DNA of 64,000 bases from Carpediemonas membranifera BICM (taxonomy: Eukaryota > Protista > Fornicata): positions 310,001-374,000 of the forward strand of contig JAHDYR010000012.1 of the NCBI GenBank assembly GCA_019828565.1. Reading direction: 5' to 3'. The translations under genes were made by a program, and so were the position numbers. The notes beneath the pieces were generated by a model that ran no database searches, was not told the origin of the DNA, and saw nothing but the letters and a program-made list of their open reading frames with translations. Positions within the stretch are counted from its first letter, which is position 1. Each line of letters begins with the position of its first letter. Shown here in pieces: positions 29,786 through 41,473 of this stretch.

Positions 29786-32700
29786 CTAGAACCGCTCGGC
29801 GTGGTCGTATACGTACTTCCTGCCGCCCCACTTGGACAGCGGGTACACCACGGCGGGGGGGGCAGCGCAGACGACACAACCGCCGATGGTGCAAATTACG
29901 GCAAGGATGACGGCGGCGATGAGCATACCAACACTGGCAATGACACCGACGACGATGGCGACGGTGCTGATGCCAGTGGCACCGTCCGCCTCCGGGGGTG
30001 TTGTGAGCGACGAGAGGACGACGGCGCTGTCGAGGAGCACGTACGAGTTGACCGAGGTGAGGTCAGTCAGGGGGACGCTGCTGCACGGCATGGCATCGAC
30101 GAGGCTCAGCGTGCTGTACACCTCACCATTGATGACGAAGACAAGGTCGTCGGTCGACCCGAACTCGGCGTCGTCGATCTCGAGGCAGACAAGGCCGCCG
30201 TGGAAGACGAGGCGGGGGTTGTAGTTCGAGCTGATGTCGTCCGCGGTGATCGTGGTCGACGCCTCGCACTGCACACCATTGCCGTTAGACAGGGCGGCCG
30301 TGAGGTTGAGCTGGACGAGCCGGCTGACAGCCATAGAGGCGGGACAAATCGTGCTGTTGACGACAGCGCTGACGGTCTTACCACGCAGCACTGTCTTGGC
30401 CTCTGGGATGGTGTAGTCCTCCTCGATCTCGACGTTGACAGTCTCAGTCGTGCCGTCCGACAGTCTGATCGTCGTGGAGTAGTTCCCGGCGGGCACGGTC
30501 GAGTTGCGGACAACGGGCACGACGATAGTCGACCCGTCCTCACGCTCGACCAGCTGGCACTCGTCGCCGTCGTCACCGAACGTGACGTCGCTGACGGTGG
30601 AGTTCATGTCGCCCGTGTCGAGGGAGATCGACTCGTTCTTGCTGACGATGACGGCCTCGGGCACCCATCGGACACACTCGGTGTGGGGCTGGCCGTCTGC
30701 GGGCGTGCTGAAGAACTCGGGGCAGGCGATGCAGGAGGTCTGGCCAGTCTTGTTCTGGAACTTACCAGCATCGCAGGGGACCTGGATGGTGTGGTTGGGC
30801 GCCGAGTGGAAGCCGGCCTCGGACATGAGGCAGGACGACTGGCCCCGCTCGGGCTGGAAGAAGCCAGTGGCGCAAGGCTGCTGGGTCAGCCGGTCATCGG
30901 AGAAGAAGCCGGCCGAGGCCAGGGTGCACGTCGTCGAGGCCGTAGTGCTGGCGAATGACCCCAGTCCGCACGGCGTGCAGCAGGCCTGGCCCTGCAGGTC
31001 TTGGTAGCTGCCAGCGGCACAGGCGTCCATGCCAGTGTGGGCCTGTCCGTCGGCGGGGGTGAAGTAGCCGGGGCGTGTCTGGAAGCACTTGCTGCTGCCG
31101 GTGCCGGGCTGGTACATGCCGGCGTTACAGGGGAGCTGGGCGGCGTGGTTGGAGTCGGGGACGTAGTAGCCACTCTCGGCGGTGAAGCACCTGGTCATAC
31201 CCGTCTCGTTCTGGTACTTGCCAGTCTCACACTCGACCTGGGCGGTCGCCTCGTTGGCCGCGACGTAGTAGCCCACCTCGGCCACTGCGCATGAGGCCTG
31301 CTGTGGGTTCGCCTGGTAGGTCCCGGCGAGGCAGCTCTCCTGGGCGGTGTGGCCTTCTCTGTCGTCGGGGACGTAGTGGCCGGGGGTGGCCGTAAGACAC
31401 TCGGCCTGGCCCTCGTCCGGCTGGTACGTGCCGTTGTTGCAGGCGAGCTGGGCCGTGTGGGGCTCGCCGTCGGCCAGCGTGTAGTACCCGGCCGCAGTGG
31501 TGTTGCAGGAGGACTGGCCCGCGAGGGGCTGGAAGGAGCCGTTGTCGCACGGCGTCTGCTTGGTGTGGAAGCCGTCGACGTAGTACCCGGCAGTCGCGGT
31601 GATGCAGCTGGTCTGGCCCTCCATTGTCTGGTACATGCCCTGGGCGCACCACTCGTACGTGGTCGCCCCGGTCCTGGCCACGTAGCTGCCCTTCGGCGCG
31701 TTGTAACAAGACCCTTTCCTGGTGTGCGGCTGGTATGTGCCCGCTCTGCAGGGCGTCTGGGTGACCGCGCCCTCGAGGGCGTAGTGGCCCGCGTCGGCAT
31801 CGATGCACGAGGTCTGGGCGCTGGCGGGCTGGTAAGTGCCTGCTGCACAGGGAGTTTCGTCGGACTGACCAGGGTTCGCAACGTAGTGGCCTGCAGTCGC
31901 ATTGGGGCAGACGATGGTGCCCGTCTCGTTGGCGAAGGTCCCCACCGCACACTCGAGCTCGACAACGTGCGGTTGACCGTCTGCGGGGACGTAGTGGCCG
32001 GTGGTGGCGTTGAGACAGGCTGGCTGACCCGCCTCAGGCTGGTACGTACCGCTGTCGCAGGGGAGTTCGGCGGTCATGTCGGCGTTGACGTAGTACCCGG
32101 CTTCGGCCCCGCTGCACGAGCTCTTCCCTGTCATCGGTTGGAAAGTGCCAGCTGGGCACGGCAACTGCTGGCTCCGGTTAGAATCGGGCACATAGTGGCC
32201 AGCGTCGGCAGCAGTACAGGTCGAGTTGCCGGCCGCGGAGTAGTGTCCCGAGGCGCACGGCACCTGTTGCGTGTGATCGCCGGGATAGACGTAGAAGCCA
32301 GGATCGGCCTCGAGACAAGAGCCCTGGCCGACGTTCGGCTGGTAGTAGCCATCAGCACACTCAATCTGCGTTGTAGTGCCAGATCCGTCTGTATGGAAGC
32401 CGGCCGACGCGTTGAGGCAGAGGGAGTCAGCCATCGGGGAGTAGGTCCCCGGCGGGCACAGCTCGCACGCGGGGTAGTTGCCGGTCGTGCCAGAGGGGCA
32501 TAGCGGCATCGGGAAGACCTGGGCGGAAGCTGTGTACTGGTTACGGGTGGTGTAGTCGTAGTTGGCCTGGCCCGCAGCAATGAGACTGCCACTACAGCCA
32601 ACAGCTTGGCCTCCGAATCGGGCATTCTCGACGTCGCCGGGGACCTTATCGTCAAGAACCCACTCCCCGTCGACGAACTGGTAGATGTACAGGAAACCCG

Positions 32701-34995
32701 CCATAATGTTGGACCTACCATACCCGTCCGGGTCACCGACGAGGAGATGGTCAGTACCGCACAGGGCAACGGTCCGTCCGAACATCTCGCTGATGTACCC
32801 GTCGCGGTGGCCGTCTGGGTTGAGGTACCCGGCCGACACGGTGGAGACCAGCGTCATCGTCTCAGTGGAGTAGATGAAGACGTTGCTACCCTCATCCATG
32901 AATGAGTTACACCCGATGGCGAGGTGTGTGCCATTGGCCGACAGTGATGAGGTCGAGCAGGGGACCTGGATCTGTGCCTCTAGGGTGAAGTCGTGGCTGT
33001 ATACGTTGAGTATGTCCGATCGGGTGGATGCATAGATGTAGCTGGCATCGACAGATGTGTAGAAGCCGATGTATTCATCTTCCTTGGTCCCATATAGATT
33101 CTTCAGCGCAGTGCCGGTCGCGCTATCGCCGTCGGCCGTGACAACCACCAACCTCCCCGCATATTCATGGTAGGTTGAGTCCCGCCCGTCGCCGACAACG
33201 AAGGTAGAGACGCCGCTGGTCGGGTTCTGGAATGCAGCAGGTGAGTAGGAGGCGAAATATTGGGATAGACCGGAGTCTCCTGCGGCAGAGGCTAGTGTGA
33301 AGCTGTTGATCTCAGTCGGGACGATGTCCGTCCGGGCAAAGATTGTGATGACGGCCGTGACGTCGTACGACTCAGAATTATACTCGTATCTCGTGGTGGC
33401 GATAAAGATGTGGCCAGAGGTCATACCAAGGCCGCCCCTGTAGTAATCTAGGGTGGAGGTCATGTCTGGGACACCAAGCAGGTTACCGCTATGGTCGAAG
33501 ATCAGGAGCGGTGACTGCTCTTGACCTGTCAGGACAGCGATTATCTCTGAATCTACTGCTATCTCATCTGGGACGCTGGAGTAGCTAAGGGAAGTCGTGT
33601 TCAGAACCACTCTGGCCGGCTGGGGGTCAACGCAGGTCCAGCCCTCCGAGAAGGAGACGTACCCGTCGGGGCACGGGGCCTGAGCCGCCCGGCTGTACGG
33701 CGGGACGTAGTAGCCGTCGTCGGGGGTGAGGCAGCTAGTCTGACCCTCCTCAGGCTGGAACTGACCGAGGGGACACTGAACACAGGCCGGGTTGAACGCG
33801 CCGGACACGAAGCCGGCCGGGCACATCTCACAGACGCCAGTGGAGGAGAGGCCGTACCCCGCAGCGCAGGTGGAGTAGTCGAAGATGCGGCTGGGACTCC
33901 ATGTTGAGCCGACGAGGATGGTCGCGTCTGTGGTGGAGATGAAGCTGCCAAGATACTGCTCCTCCGCGTCGCCGACATACGCGAGCTTCTGTTCAACGGT
34001 CCCGCTGCCTCTGTCGTACTGGTAGGTGAACGCGGCCCCGGACTCGAAGTCCTCGGTCCAATACTGACGGGCGCCGACCGCGAGGATGTCACCGTCCGCG
34101 TCAAGGGAGTAGCCGAAGTAAGCACCGGTGTTGTTGCCCGGCTTCAGCGTAGTCAGGAATTCTGGGGCGGATGGTCTTGTCACATCGTAGACATAAACTG
34201 CGCCACAGTTTCTCGCCCCGTCGTCGCAGGCCAGACTATAGTAGGAGATAGCGAGCAAGGAGTCACTGACAGCGATGGGCGCTGAGTTGTGGGATGCCGG
34301 CGGATCGATGGTGGCGACCCAGGTTCCATCGGTCTTGCTGATTGTGACGGAGTTGTCGACCTGCCAACGGTAGAAGACAAGATCCCCGCGGACAACGAAT
34401 GTGTCGCGGCCGAAACCTCCAAAGCTATAGGAGTCCGGGGTAAAGACGTGACCCCGAGTCCACTGGTTGCCATTCCAGGAATACAGGACGAGCGTGGCCC
34501 TGTACGATGAACTAGAGATGGTCTTGGACCTTGGCGAGCTAATAGCAAGGGTGTTGCCGTCGATGGAGAGGCCCTGGCCAAAGTAAGACACGGTCCGGTC
34601 GTACGATGAGAGGCTCGGGGCGTCGATGATCGTCGGGCCGCTGATGCTCTCGCTGCCTCGTTGATAGACGAACACCCGGCCTGTCCAGCTGTTGTAGTAG
34701 TACGAGGACTGTGTGAATGAAGGGTTGGTGGGGAACATACGGTGACGATGAAATCCTCGGTGGCGTCAACTGTATAGCCAAAATAAGTGTCAGTGCCTGA
34801 TACAGAATCTTTCAGTGTCCATAAACCGTCATCATCGGGCACATAGACACTGACAATTCTGCTAGCGGAGTCCGAAATGACAAGATCGGTGCTGTTGACG
34901 AGAACGGCGTCATTTGCGCGTTCTCCAATGGATTGGAAGCATTGGACGAACGCTATCAGCAGAATGAGGCCCAAAAGTAGCCGATGAGCCCCCAT
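29786..34995 (-). CDS. Large type-I surface protein: FG-GAP beta-propeller regions plus GCC2/GCC3 (ephrin-receptor-like) Cys-rich repeats; intron 34709-34740
   Basis: Signal peptide MGAHRLLLGLILL; FG-GAP motifs (YFGYSLDADGDILAVGA); many C..G.YQ...GQ..C repeats; C-terminal TM. The 32-nt GTATGT...CACAG intron joins two ORFs in frame. Confidence 0.85.
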
Positions 34996-35402
34996 TGCTT
35001 TGACGAAAATTTGTGGCTCCATAGCTGTATCCATATCTGGCGATCACAATCGTATCTGGTGAATCTGACTCAAATCGCGAAGCTGCTAAGCTGGAATCCG
35101 GCCAGCATGTGCTGCCCAGGCCCTTGAACGCCGCTCAGCAGGCAGGGCGCCAGCAAGGCCTGGCCAGACGAACCGCGGACTCGTGTGGGGATGGGATCAT
35201 GCTGCTCGAGCCGTCAGCTTGGGCTTCCTTCGTTCTCCTGGGCTGGTGTCCTCGCTACATCCCTGTATTTGTATGTATAGGGCGCATATCAACGAAATTC
35301 AAAGCGTATCAAATCGAAATCAAGACATAACTTTTCATTAAACTTACAATACGAGGGCAGAGACAAGCAAATCCTCATCATCCATGAGGTCTCAGTTTAC
35401 AT

Positions 35403-37262
35403 CTAATGCCAGAGGGACCAGGCGATCAAGAGCATGACGAGCAGGCCGGCCCCCGCCGCGTGGACGGGGGTGAACATCTTGCGGCCCCACACATCCTCGG
35501 TCACCGGGACCACAGCGCCCTGCTTGGCCGCTTCTAGAGCCGCGTTGAGCTTCTTGTTGGCAGCCTTGGCGTCCTTGAGGTCGCCCCGGAGCTGGTCAGC
35601 GTCGGCCTTGAGCTTCTCGAGCTTCTTGGCGTCCTCACCGTGACCCGTGGCAGCCTTTTCCGCGTCGGCGAGCTGCCTCTCGAGAGCGGCGATGCGCCCC
35701 TCGGTGGCATCTGTCTCGGCCTTGCTGCCATTGTCGGCAAGTTGAGCCTCGAGCTCGGACACACGCTGGAGGGCTGCCTCGAGCTCGGCAGTGTTGTCCG
35801 CCACAAGCTTGCTATCAGCGACCTCAAGCTCGAGCTCAGCGACTCTTGCGACTAGGGCGTCCACTTCTCTCTCGTGGCCCTCAGCCACCATGCTTTGGGC
35901 CTCGACCTCCTTCTCGAGGTCAGTGACACGATGCACGGCGGCATCGAGCTCTCTGGCCTTCTGCTGTGCATTCTCGAGCTCATCATCAAGCTGAGCAATG
36001 CGGCGGTTGGCCTCCTCGCTGTCCTGGGTGACCTTAGATAGCTCCTTCTCGAGGTCAGCGATGCGGAGGTTGGCCTCCTCGAGATCGGAGTTGTCGACCT
36101 CGGTGACAGGAGCTGTCACCTCCCTGGCCTCGGCGAGCTCCTTCTCGAGTGCGGCGACTTTCCCCTTCAACTCGGTCACGGTCGACACGTCGACCACCTG
36201 CTGGGCCAGGCGCTCGCGGGCTTCATGAAGCTCCTGCTCAACGATAGCCGCGTTCTCCTTGACGGCGACCAGCTCCTCTGCCTCCTGCTCGAGGGCGCTG
36301 AGCTTGGCCTTGAGTCGGGCCATCTCCTCCTTGGCCTCCTCGGGCACCTCAGTCTTGGCGACGCTGAGGTCCTCTGCAAGCTGGGTGACCGTCACCCTCA
36401 GATGGTCGTTGTCCTCCTCCACCTCCGCAACACGGGCCTCGGCCTCAGCCTTGGGCACCGCGTCGGCCAACTTGGCCTCGAGCTCAGCAATGCGTGCGGC
36501 ACTATCATCAGCAGCTGCAGCATACTGGGCGGCGTCATCGACCTTCCCTCGCTCCATGGCAAGCTCCTGCTCGAGTTCATCGGCACGGGCCTGGAGGGCG
36601 TCGGCCCGGTCATTGCCGGGCTCATTAGCGCTCTTCCTGGTAGTATCGAGGTCCTTCTCGAGCTCATCTACACGCTGGAGGGCAGCATCGAGCTTGGTGG
36701 TGTCATTGAGCACCCTCTTGGCGTCGTCCAGCTCCTTCTCGAGCACCGTGATGCGGGCTCTGAGAAGATCCGACTCGTCGTTGCCCTCAGGTGCAGGTAG
36801 GCTGACGAGAGAGACACTAGCAGTGGCGGTGGGTCTCTCAGTGGCGGCGTACAGGACGCCGAGCTTCATCTTCTGGTGGGCGGGGGCCGGAATCTGCTTC
36901 CAGGCGTTCGCAAGCTGAAGAGCGAGGGCCTTCTTGTCCTTCTCAGTGAACAGGTAGCGCTCGATGTTGGCCTGCGTCTCCTCGTTCGGCACTGGGCCCA
37001 CCACGATCTGGAATTTGTCCTCGGCAGAGCTGGCGAGCTCAGGCTCAATTTGGAGCGCAATGCTGATGTCATGAGCCTTATTGGCAAGAATAAGGCCGCT
37101 ATTGGGCTTCACGGCGAATCGGGAGGGGTTTGTGGTCCGTATCTTGAATATGACGTTCTGGTCGCTGTTGTTCTGAATGGAGAGTGTTCTCTTCTGCTCC
37201 TTGTCTGCTGGTAAGCCAAACTGAAGTTTTTCGGGCTGAATAGCCACGTATTGGGTCTGCAT
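35403..37262 (-). CDS. VAP-family protein (MSP domain, very long coiled coil, tail anchor), 619 aa
   Basis: VAP consensus FKIRTTNPSRFAVKPNSG, DKFQI motif, C-terminal TM. Confidence 0.85.
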   Translation of the reverse strand: MQTQYVAIQPEKLQFGLPADKEQKRTLSIQNNSDQNVIFKIRTTNPSRFAVKPNSGLILANKAHDISIALQIEPELASSAEDKFQIVVGPVPNEETQANIERYLFTEKDKKALALQLANAWKQIPAPAHQKMKLGVLYAATERPTATASVSLVSLPAPEGNDESDLLRARITVLEKELDDAKRVLNDTTKLDAALQRVDELEKDLDTTRKSANEPGNDRADALQARADELEQELAMERGKVDDAAQYAAAADDSAARIAELEAKLADAVPKAEAEARVAEVEEDNDHLRVTVTQLAEDLSVAKTEVPEEAKEEMARLKAKLSALEQEAEELVAVKENAAIVEQELHEARERLAQQVVDVSTVTELKGKVAALEKELAEAREVTAPVTEVDNSDLEEANLRIADLEKELSKVTQDSEEANRRIAQLDDELENAQQKARELDAAVHRVTDLEKEVEAQSMVAEGHEREVDALVARVAELELEVADSKLVADNTAELEAALQRVSELEAQLADNGSKAETDATEGRIAALERQLADAEKAATGHGEDAKKLEKLKADADQLRGDLKDAKAANKKLNAALEAAKQGAVVPVTEDVWGRKMFTPVHAAGAGLLVMLLIAWSLWH

Positions 37263-37454
37263 GAAGGTCTGTACAATTGTAGTCGGCGATACATTGCATA
37301 CATATGGTCATGTATCAGCTTTACACATGACGCATGACACTGTATGCTCCCCAGTGGTCGACTACATGCAGTTACCGTCCAGTCGGGAGCATGCGTGGTG
37401 AGCGAGTAGACCAAGCATTCCGACTGCATCATCACCGCTGACAATTTGCTACAT

Positions 37455-38195
37455 TTATCCCACAAAACGGTTCCTGCTGCCGTTACGCCTGTCCCTGCGC
37501 TTGTCCTTGTCCTTCTCCTGCAGCTTGGCGATGACCTCCATGATCTTGACAGCGAGGCGAACGAAGTCACCAAACAGAATGAATGCGCCGTAGACGTAGT
37601 CATCGTCTGGGACTACGCGGAGGACGCGGTCCGTGTCAACGACGACGTACAAACACTCAACAAGGAGGGAGACGCCGAGGTAGAGAAGAGAGTCGACGCG
37701 GCGGTGCAGGACGAGCGCGCTGATGGTGTAGACAAGCGAGCACAGGCTGAGCGCACCAATGCCGAAGGCGGCGCCAATGGCAGGGGAGGGTTGCTTACGG
37801 CGCTTGAGGGTGTATGCGGTGAGGCCGACGAAGGGCACGAGGGCGAGACCGAGGCCTGCCGCAGTGAGAGAAGGGTCGTGGAAGGCCATGGCGCCCATGG
37901 GAAGAGACATGAGGGCCGTGGCGGCGGTGAAGAGGGCGAGATTAGCAGGGTGCTTCTTGCGGTAGAAGTACAGGGCCAGAGAGAGGCCGAGGAATGTCAG
38001 GATGAAGATGAAGGGATGGGAAAGAACACTCAAGCATACCGACGGGAATATTGTGGACAGAATGAAGGTCAGTGCCGTGAGGAGCACGATTTGTGAGGTC
38101 AGAAGGCCATAGACCTTTCCCACGAACTCATATCGGTCTGTGGGATGCGCGTTATAGTTTCTATAGCTGTTATCCGTGTAGCTTCGATAGCTCAT
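37455..38195 (-). CDS. Bax inhibitor-1/TMBIM (Lifeguard/GAAP-like) protein
   Basis: R..FV.KVYGLL..Q, HPANL.LF, YVVVDT, PDDDYVYGA..LF.D motifs; multi-TM. Confidence 0.9.
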   Translation of the reverse strand: MSYRSYTDNSYRNYNAHPTDRYEFVGKVYGLLTSQIVLLTALTFILSTIFPSVCLSVLSHPFIFILTFLGLSLALYFYRKKHPANLALFTAATALMSLPMGAMAFHDPSLTAAGLGLALVPFVGLTAYTLKRRKQPSPAIGAAFGIGALSLCSLVYTISALVLHRRVDSLLYLGVSLLVECLYVVVDTDRVLRVVPDDDYVYGAFILFGDFVRLAVKIMEVIAKLQEKDKDKRRDRRNGSRNRFVG

Positions 38196-38347
38196 CGGTC
38201 GTTTGGTTGAATAATGACGTGGCGTGACAGTCGAGTCGGATCAATCTCCCGATCTCAGGGCCCTGCCGACAATCACCACCCACCAGCCAGCCCAACCCGG
38301 CGCTGCGATTTATCCGTGTGAATCAAGTAACATGCTTTCAAGACCCC

Positions 38348-39715
38348 TCACACCAACTGGTGTGCCCCGGCATCCCGTCTGCTGAGGTACTCCGCCCTCG
38401 CCTTGTTAAACCGGTGCAGTATAAGGGGTCGCCACGTGTCGCTGTCTAGCGACCACCGCTTGATGATCCCGTCGGCGAGCTGGTAGACATCGTCGCCCTC
38501 CCGGACCCGAACGACCTCCGCCCTCTTCTGAACGCCCAGGTCGGTCAGCTTCACCTGGTACAGCACAGGCCTCGCAGTTTTAGGCGGGGTCAGATTGGGC
38601 GGTCGGGCGGAATCTGCCCGGCGAGCAAACTCAGCCCGGCGACGCTCCCTCATGCGGCCGGTGCGGCGGGCCATGTGACGGTCCAGACCCTCCTGGACGA
38701 GCGCCATGACCTGCTCGCGGTGGTCGAAGGTCAACCCGTACCTTTGCCTGATCGCCTCGGCGACGTCGAAGGCGTTGTCTGTCTCATGTACCAGCTGGAC
38801 GTGCTGACCGCCATTACGGGGCAGGTTGATCTCTATCTCGAAGTGGGTGTCGCCCAGGTCTGACCGGCGCTTGTGTCTTGGGTATGGCGACTTCCTGGCA
38901 TCCCTGGACGGCGACAGCAAGGGCGAGGTCGGGGTGCTCCGACTGAGCGATGGTTCAGGGCTGGGGCTCACATCGATGTTCATCCGCCTCAGCATCCGCT
39001 CAGCCCGCTCTACACCAGTGGGGGACGACCATGCGTCCCTCTCGACGACCAGCTGGGGCGACGGCGGGGGCAGCGGTGGGGGTGCTCGGGAGACGCGCCG
39101 CATGCCAGCCTCCAGTGCCCGTCGGATGTGGGCCCTGAGGACGAGGAACTCGAAGTCGTGACCGGACCCTGCGCTGCCACCGGACATAAAGTGCGCGTAG
39201 GTGGGACTGGCGGGGTCGAGGGCGGTGACCTGGGCGTGGGTGGCGTGGAGGGCTGCTGAGGTGGGCTCAATGAGCTCCTGACGCCGCTCTCGGCTTCCAC
39301 TATCGTTCGCGATGACGTCGAAGTCATGAACCGACAAGATAATGTTGGGTCGGCCCCCAGCTGCCACCACGTCGTGGTGCTGGGCTCCAGACCGTCTGGA
39401 GATGACGTCGTAGAGCTGTTTGATGCGGTCGATGCTCAGTTGGTTGGCAAGGCCCGTCCGCTCGGCCTGCACTCGGTCAATGAAGATTACGTGGTCTGCA
39501 ACGTCCTCGGGGATATCCGAGGGCTCTTGTATGTTCATAATAGTCATTGAAACGCGGCAAGAAGGCTCCGTATCGACCTTGAACTGGTATTGTCGGCCGA
39601 AATCAGTTTCCCGCTCAAAGACGTCTTCCAGCACAGATTTGAGCCTCTGGCTGCACATTTGTTGGAAAACTCCGCCCGAATCAGCCACTAACATGCGGCG
39701 ATCCACGTCCTGCAT
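38348..39715 (-). CDS. Hypothetical protein, 455 aa, with two C-terminal PFU-like repeats
   Basis: Long ORF with two similar V.E.D.....A..I....GL/WSL units. Confidence 0.65.
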   Translation of the reverse strand: MQDVDRRMLVADSGGVFQQMCSQRLKSVLEDVFERETDFGRQYQFKVDTEPSCRVSMTIMNIQEPSDIPEDVADHVIFIDRVQAERTGLANQLSIDRIKQLYDVISRRSGAQHHDVVAAGGRPNIILSVHDFDVIANDSGSRERRQELIEPTSAALHATHAQVTALDPASPTYAHFMSGGSAGSGHDFEFLVLRAHIRRALEAGMRRVSRAPPPLPPPSPQLVVERDAWSSPTGVERAERMLRRMNIDVSPSPEPSLSRSTPTSPLLSPSRDARKSPYPRHKRRSDLGDTHFEIEINLPRNGGQHVQLVHETDNAFDVAEAIRQRYGLTFDHREQVMALVQEGLDRHMARRTGRMRERRRAEFARRADSARPPNLTPPKTARPVLYQVKLTDLGVQKRAEVVRVREGDDVYQLADGIIKRWSLDSDTWRPLILHRFNKARAEYLSRRDAGAHQLV

Positions 39716-39775
39716 CCCGTTCCAGGTTTCGATGTTGTGCAGGATAAGGGTTATCCGATTTATGTGCTCAATAGT

Positions 39776-40819
39776 CTACAGATCGTCCTCGTCGATCTCT
39801 TCCACAGCAGGCGCCCTCCTCCCAGGCTTGGGTTCAGGCACGGGGACGGCGTCCGGGTCGCCTTCCTCCTTCGGCATGAACCAATTCACCAGCGTCTCGA
39901 TGGCGGCCTTCAGAGCCTCGTCAGAGGTGGCCTTGTCTAGTTCCCTGAGCAGCGGGTAGATACCGCACCCCCTGAGGACGTCCCGACCCTCCCTGGTGTG
40001 GCACAGCCCGGCAAGCGCCTCGACGGCTGTGGTCTGCAGGGCCTCAGCGGAAACCGGGTGGTTGCCGGTGCGGGTCGAGTCTATAGCGATCCTGACGTCG
40101 AACGGCATGCTCTTCCGGTCGTCCTCGTCGAACTCGCCCGGGGTGACGAGGAACAACATCATGGAGGGCACGGTCCTCATCAGGGCTGCTCTGACACCCC
40201 CCTCCTTGCCGGAGAATGCGATGTTCTTCACGAGCTGGGCGGCGAACTCCTCTGTCTTCTTCATCTCGAGCATTGCCATGATCCTGGGCATGCACGCCTC
40301 AGAGGCTAGGATCAGCCGGACGGCCTCGAGTCGGGAGAGGTTCACGAGCAGGTGGCGGATGTTGGGGCCGGGCTGGGCCTTGTCCTCGGCCATTGCGAGG
40401 TATTTGAGAAGATAGAGACGGGAGGCCTTGGCGGCGTCGGGGTACTGCTTGAACTGGAAGAACTTCTCGCAGGCATCGTCGGATATGCGGGTGAGGTTGC
40501 ACAGGATGGCGGACATGACCTCGCGAACAGCGGGGTTGGCGAGGATCCCGTCTCTCAGCATCGCCACGAGACCAAGGTCAACGAGACGCGGCACCTGGGT
40601 GTCGTGGATCGAGAGCTGAGCTATGCTAGGAAGTACAAGGCCGCCAAACTGTGTAGGGAGCAGCTTGGCCAGGTTCACGGTGAGAGTGGGGCACTCGTAC
40701 AGATCAGGCTCGCTGATGGAAGCGAGGAGCTGCGGGAGCGTGGGAAGAGCTTGTTGAAGAACTGCAGGTTGATCCGGCGTCAAAAGACCGGCCAATTCTT
40801 TCAGAGCGGCTGAATCCAT
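39776..40819 (-). CDS. HGH1: HGH1 (FAM203) eEF2 chaperone
   Basis: ARM-like N-terminus, NLSR..R, VKNIAF and EAL..LCHTREGRDVLR..GIYPLLREL signatures. Confidence 0.85.
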   Translation of the reverse strand: MDSAALKELAGLLTPDQPAVLQQALPTLPQLLASISEPDLYECPTLTVNLAKLLPTQFGGLVLPSIAQLSIHDTQVPRLVDLGLVAMLRDGILANPAVREVMSAILCNLTRISDDACEKFFQFKQYPDAAKASRLYLLKYLAMAEDKAQPGPNIRHLLVNLSRLEAVRLILASEACMPRIMAMLEMKKTEEFAAQLVKNIAFSGKEGGVRAALMRTVPSMMLFLVTPGEFDEDDRKSMPFDVRIAIDSTRTGNHPVSAEALQTTAVEALAGLCHTREGRDVLRGCGIYPLLRELDKATSDEALKAAIETLVNWFMPKEEGDPDAVPVPEPKPGRRAPAVEEIDEDDL

Positions 40820-40824
40820 GGCTG

Positions 40825-40881
40825 GCGTCTCGTTGGCAACGAATTACGTGTATACATGCTGATGCATCCTTCATGTATCAG
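40825..40881 (-). promoter_or_regulatory. Candidate core-promoter/leader motif set shared with neighbouring genes
   Basis: Sense-strand CTGATACATGA, CACGTAATTCG and GCCAACGAGACGC recur at similar distances upstream of the SMIM7, VAP and SAMHD1-like ATGs. Confidence 0.45.
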
Positions 40882-41138
40882 ATAAAGGTTCCCATATCGA
40901 CCGAGAAAGGACAAGGCAGCAATATAACGGGCAAACCGATTCACTTCTGAGCATCATTCTTCGGTTGTTCCGGTTCGAAGCCGCGGTCCGATCAGCCTGG
41001 GAAAGGAAACTTTATCAAACGCGCCAGGCACAATGTTCGTATCACTCGCCAGGCCACAGTTGGTCGAACACCCACAGCAGCATGCATTGGTGTCGTTGGC
41101 TGACATCATGGCGGAGATGCCGGCATCAGAAGCTCTCC

Positions 41139-41363
41139 TCAGAAAACGACGAATACAACGAGCAATATGAAGGCAACTAGAACATTCCAGCACAGGATAA
41201 CGACCCTCAAGTAGTGGAGCACGTGGAAGAAGTTCAAAATCTTGGCAATGATGCTATCCTCGCTCCTCATGGAACGCTGTCTCATGAACTTGAAGTTTAG
41301 GATCGCACCAGCATTCACGAACAAGGTGATGGCGATCAGAAGGTCAGAGAGGTTGAAGAACAT
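41139..41363 (-). CDS. SMIM7: Small integral membrane protein 7-like
   Basis: DLLIAITLFVNAGAILNFK...LHYLRVVILCWNV matches the SMIM7 pattern (TLLMNAGAVLNFK...LRYFRIFIALWN). Confidence 0.8.
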   Translation of the reverse strand: MFFNLSDLLIAITLFVNAGAILNFKFMRQRSMRSEDSIIAKILNFFHVLHYLRVVILCWNVLVAFILLVVFVVF

Positions 41364-41473
41364 TTGCTTGTGCTCGTTGCTGGTCGAATTACGTGATACA
41401 TAGTCATCACATATCAGCTACCAAATGATGACTTGGGCGCATGCTCGCTTTACTATATAAATACTGCCCGCCG

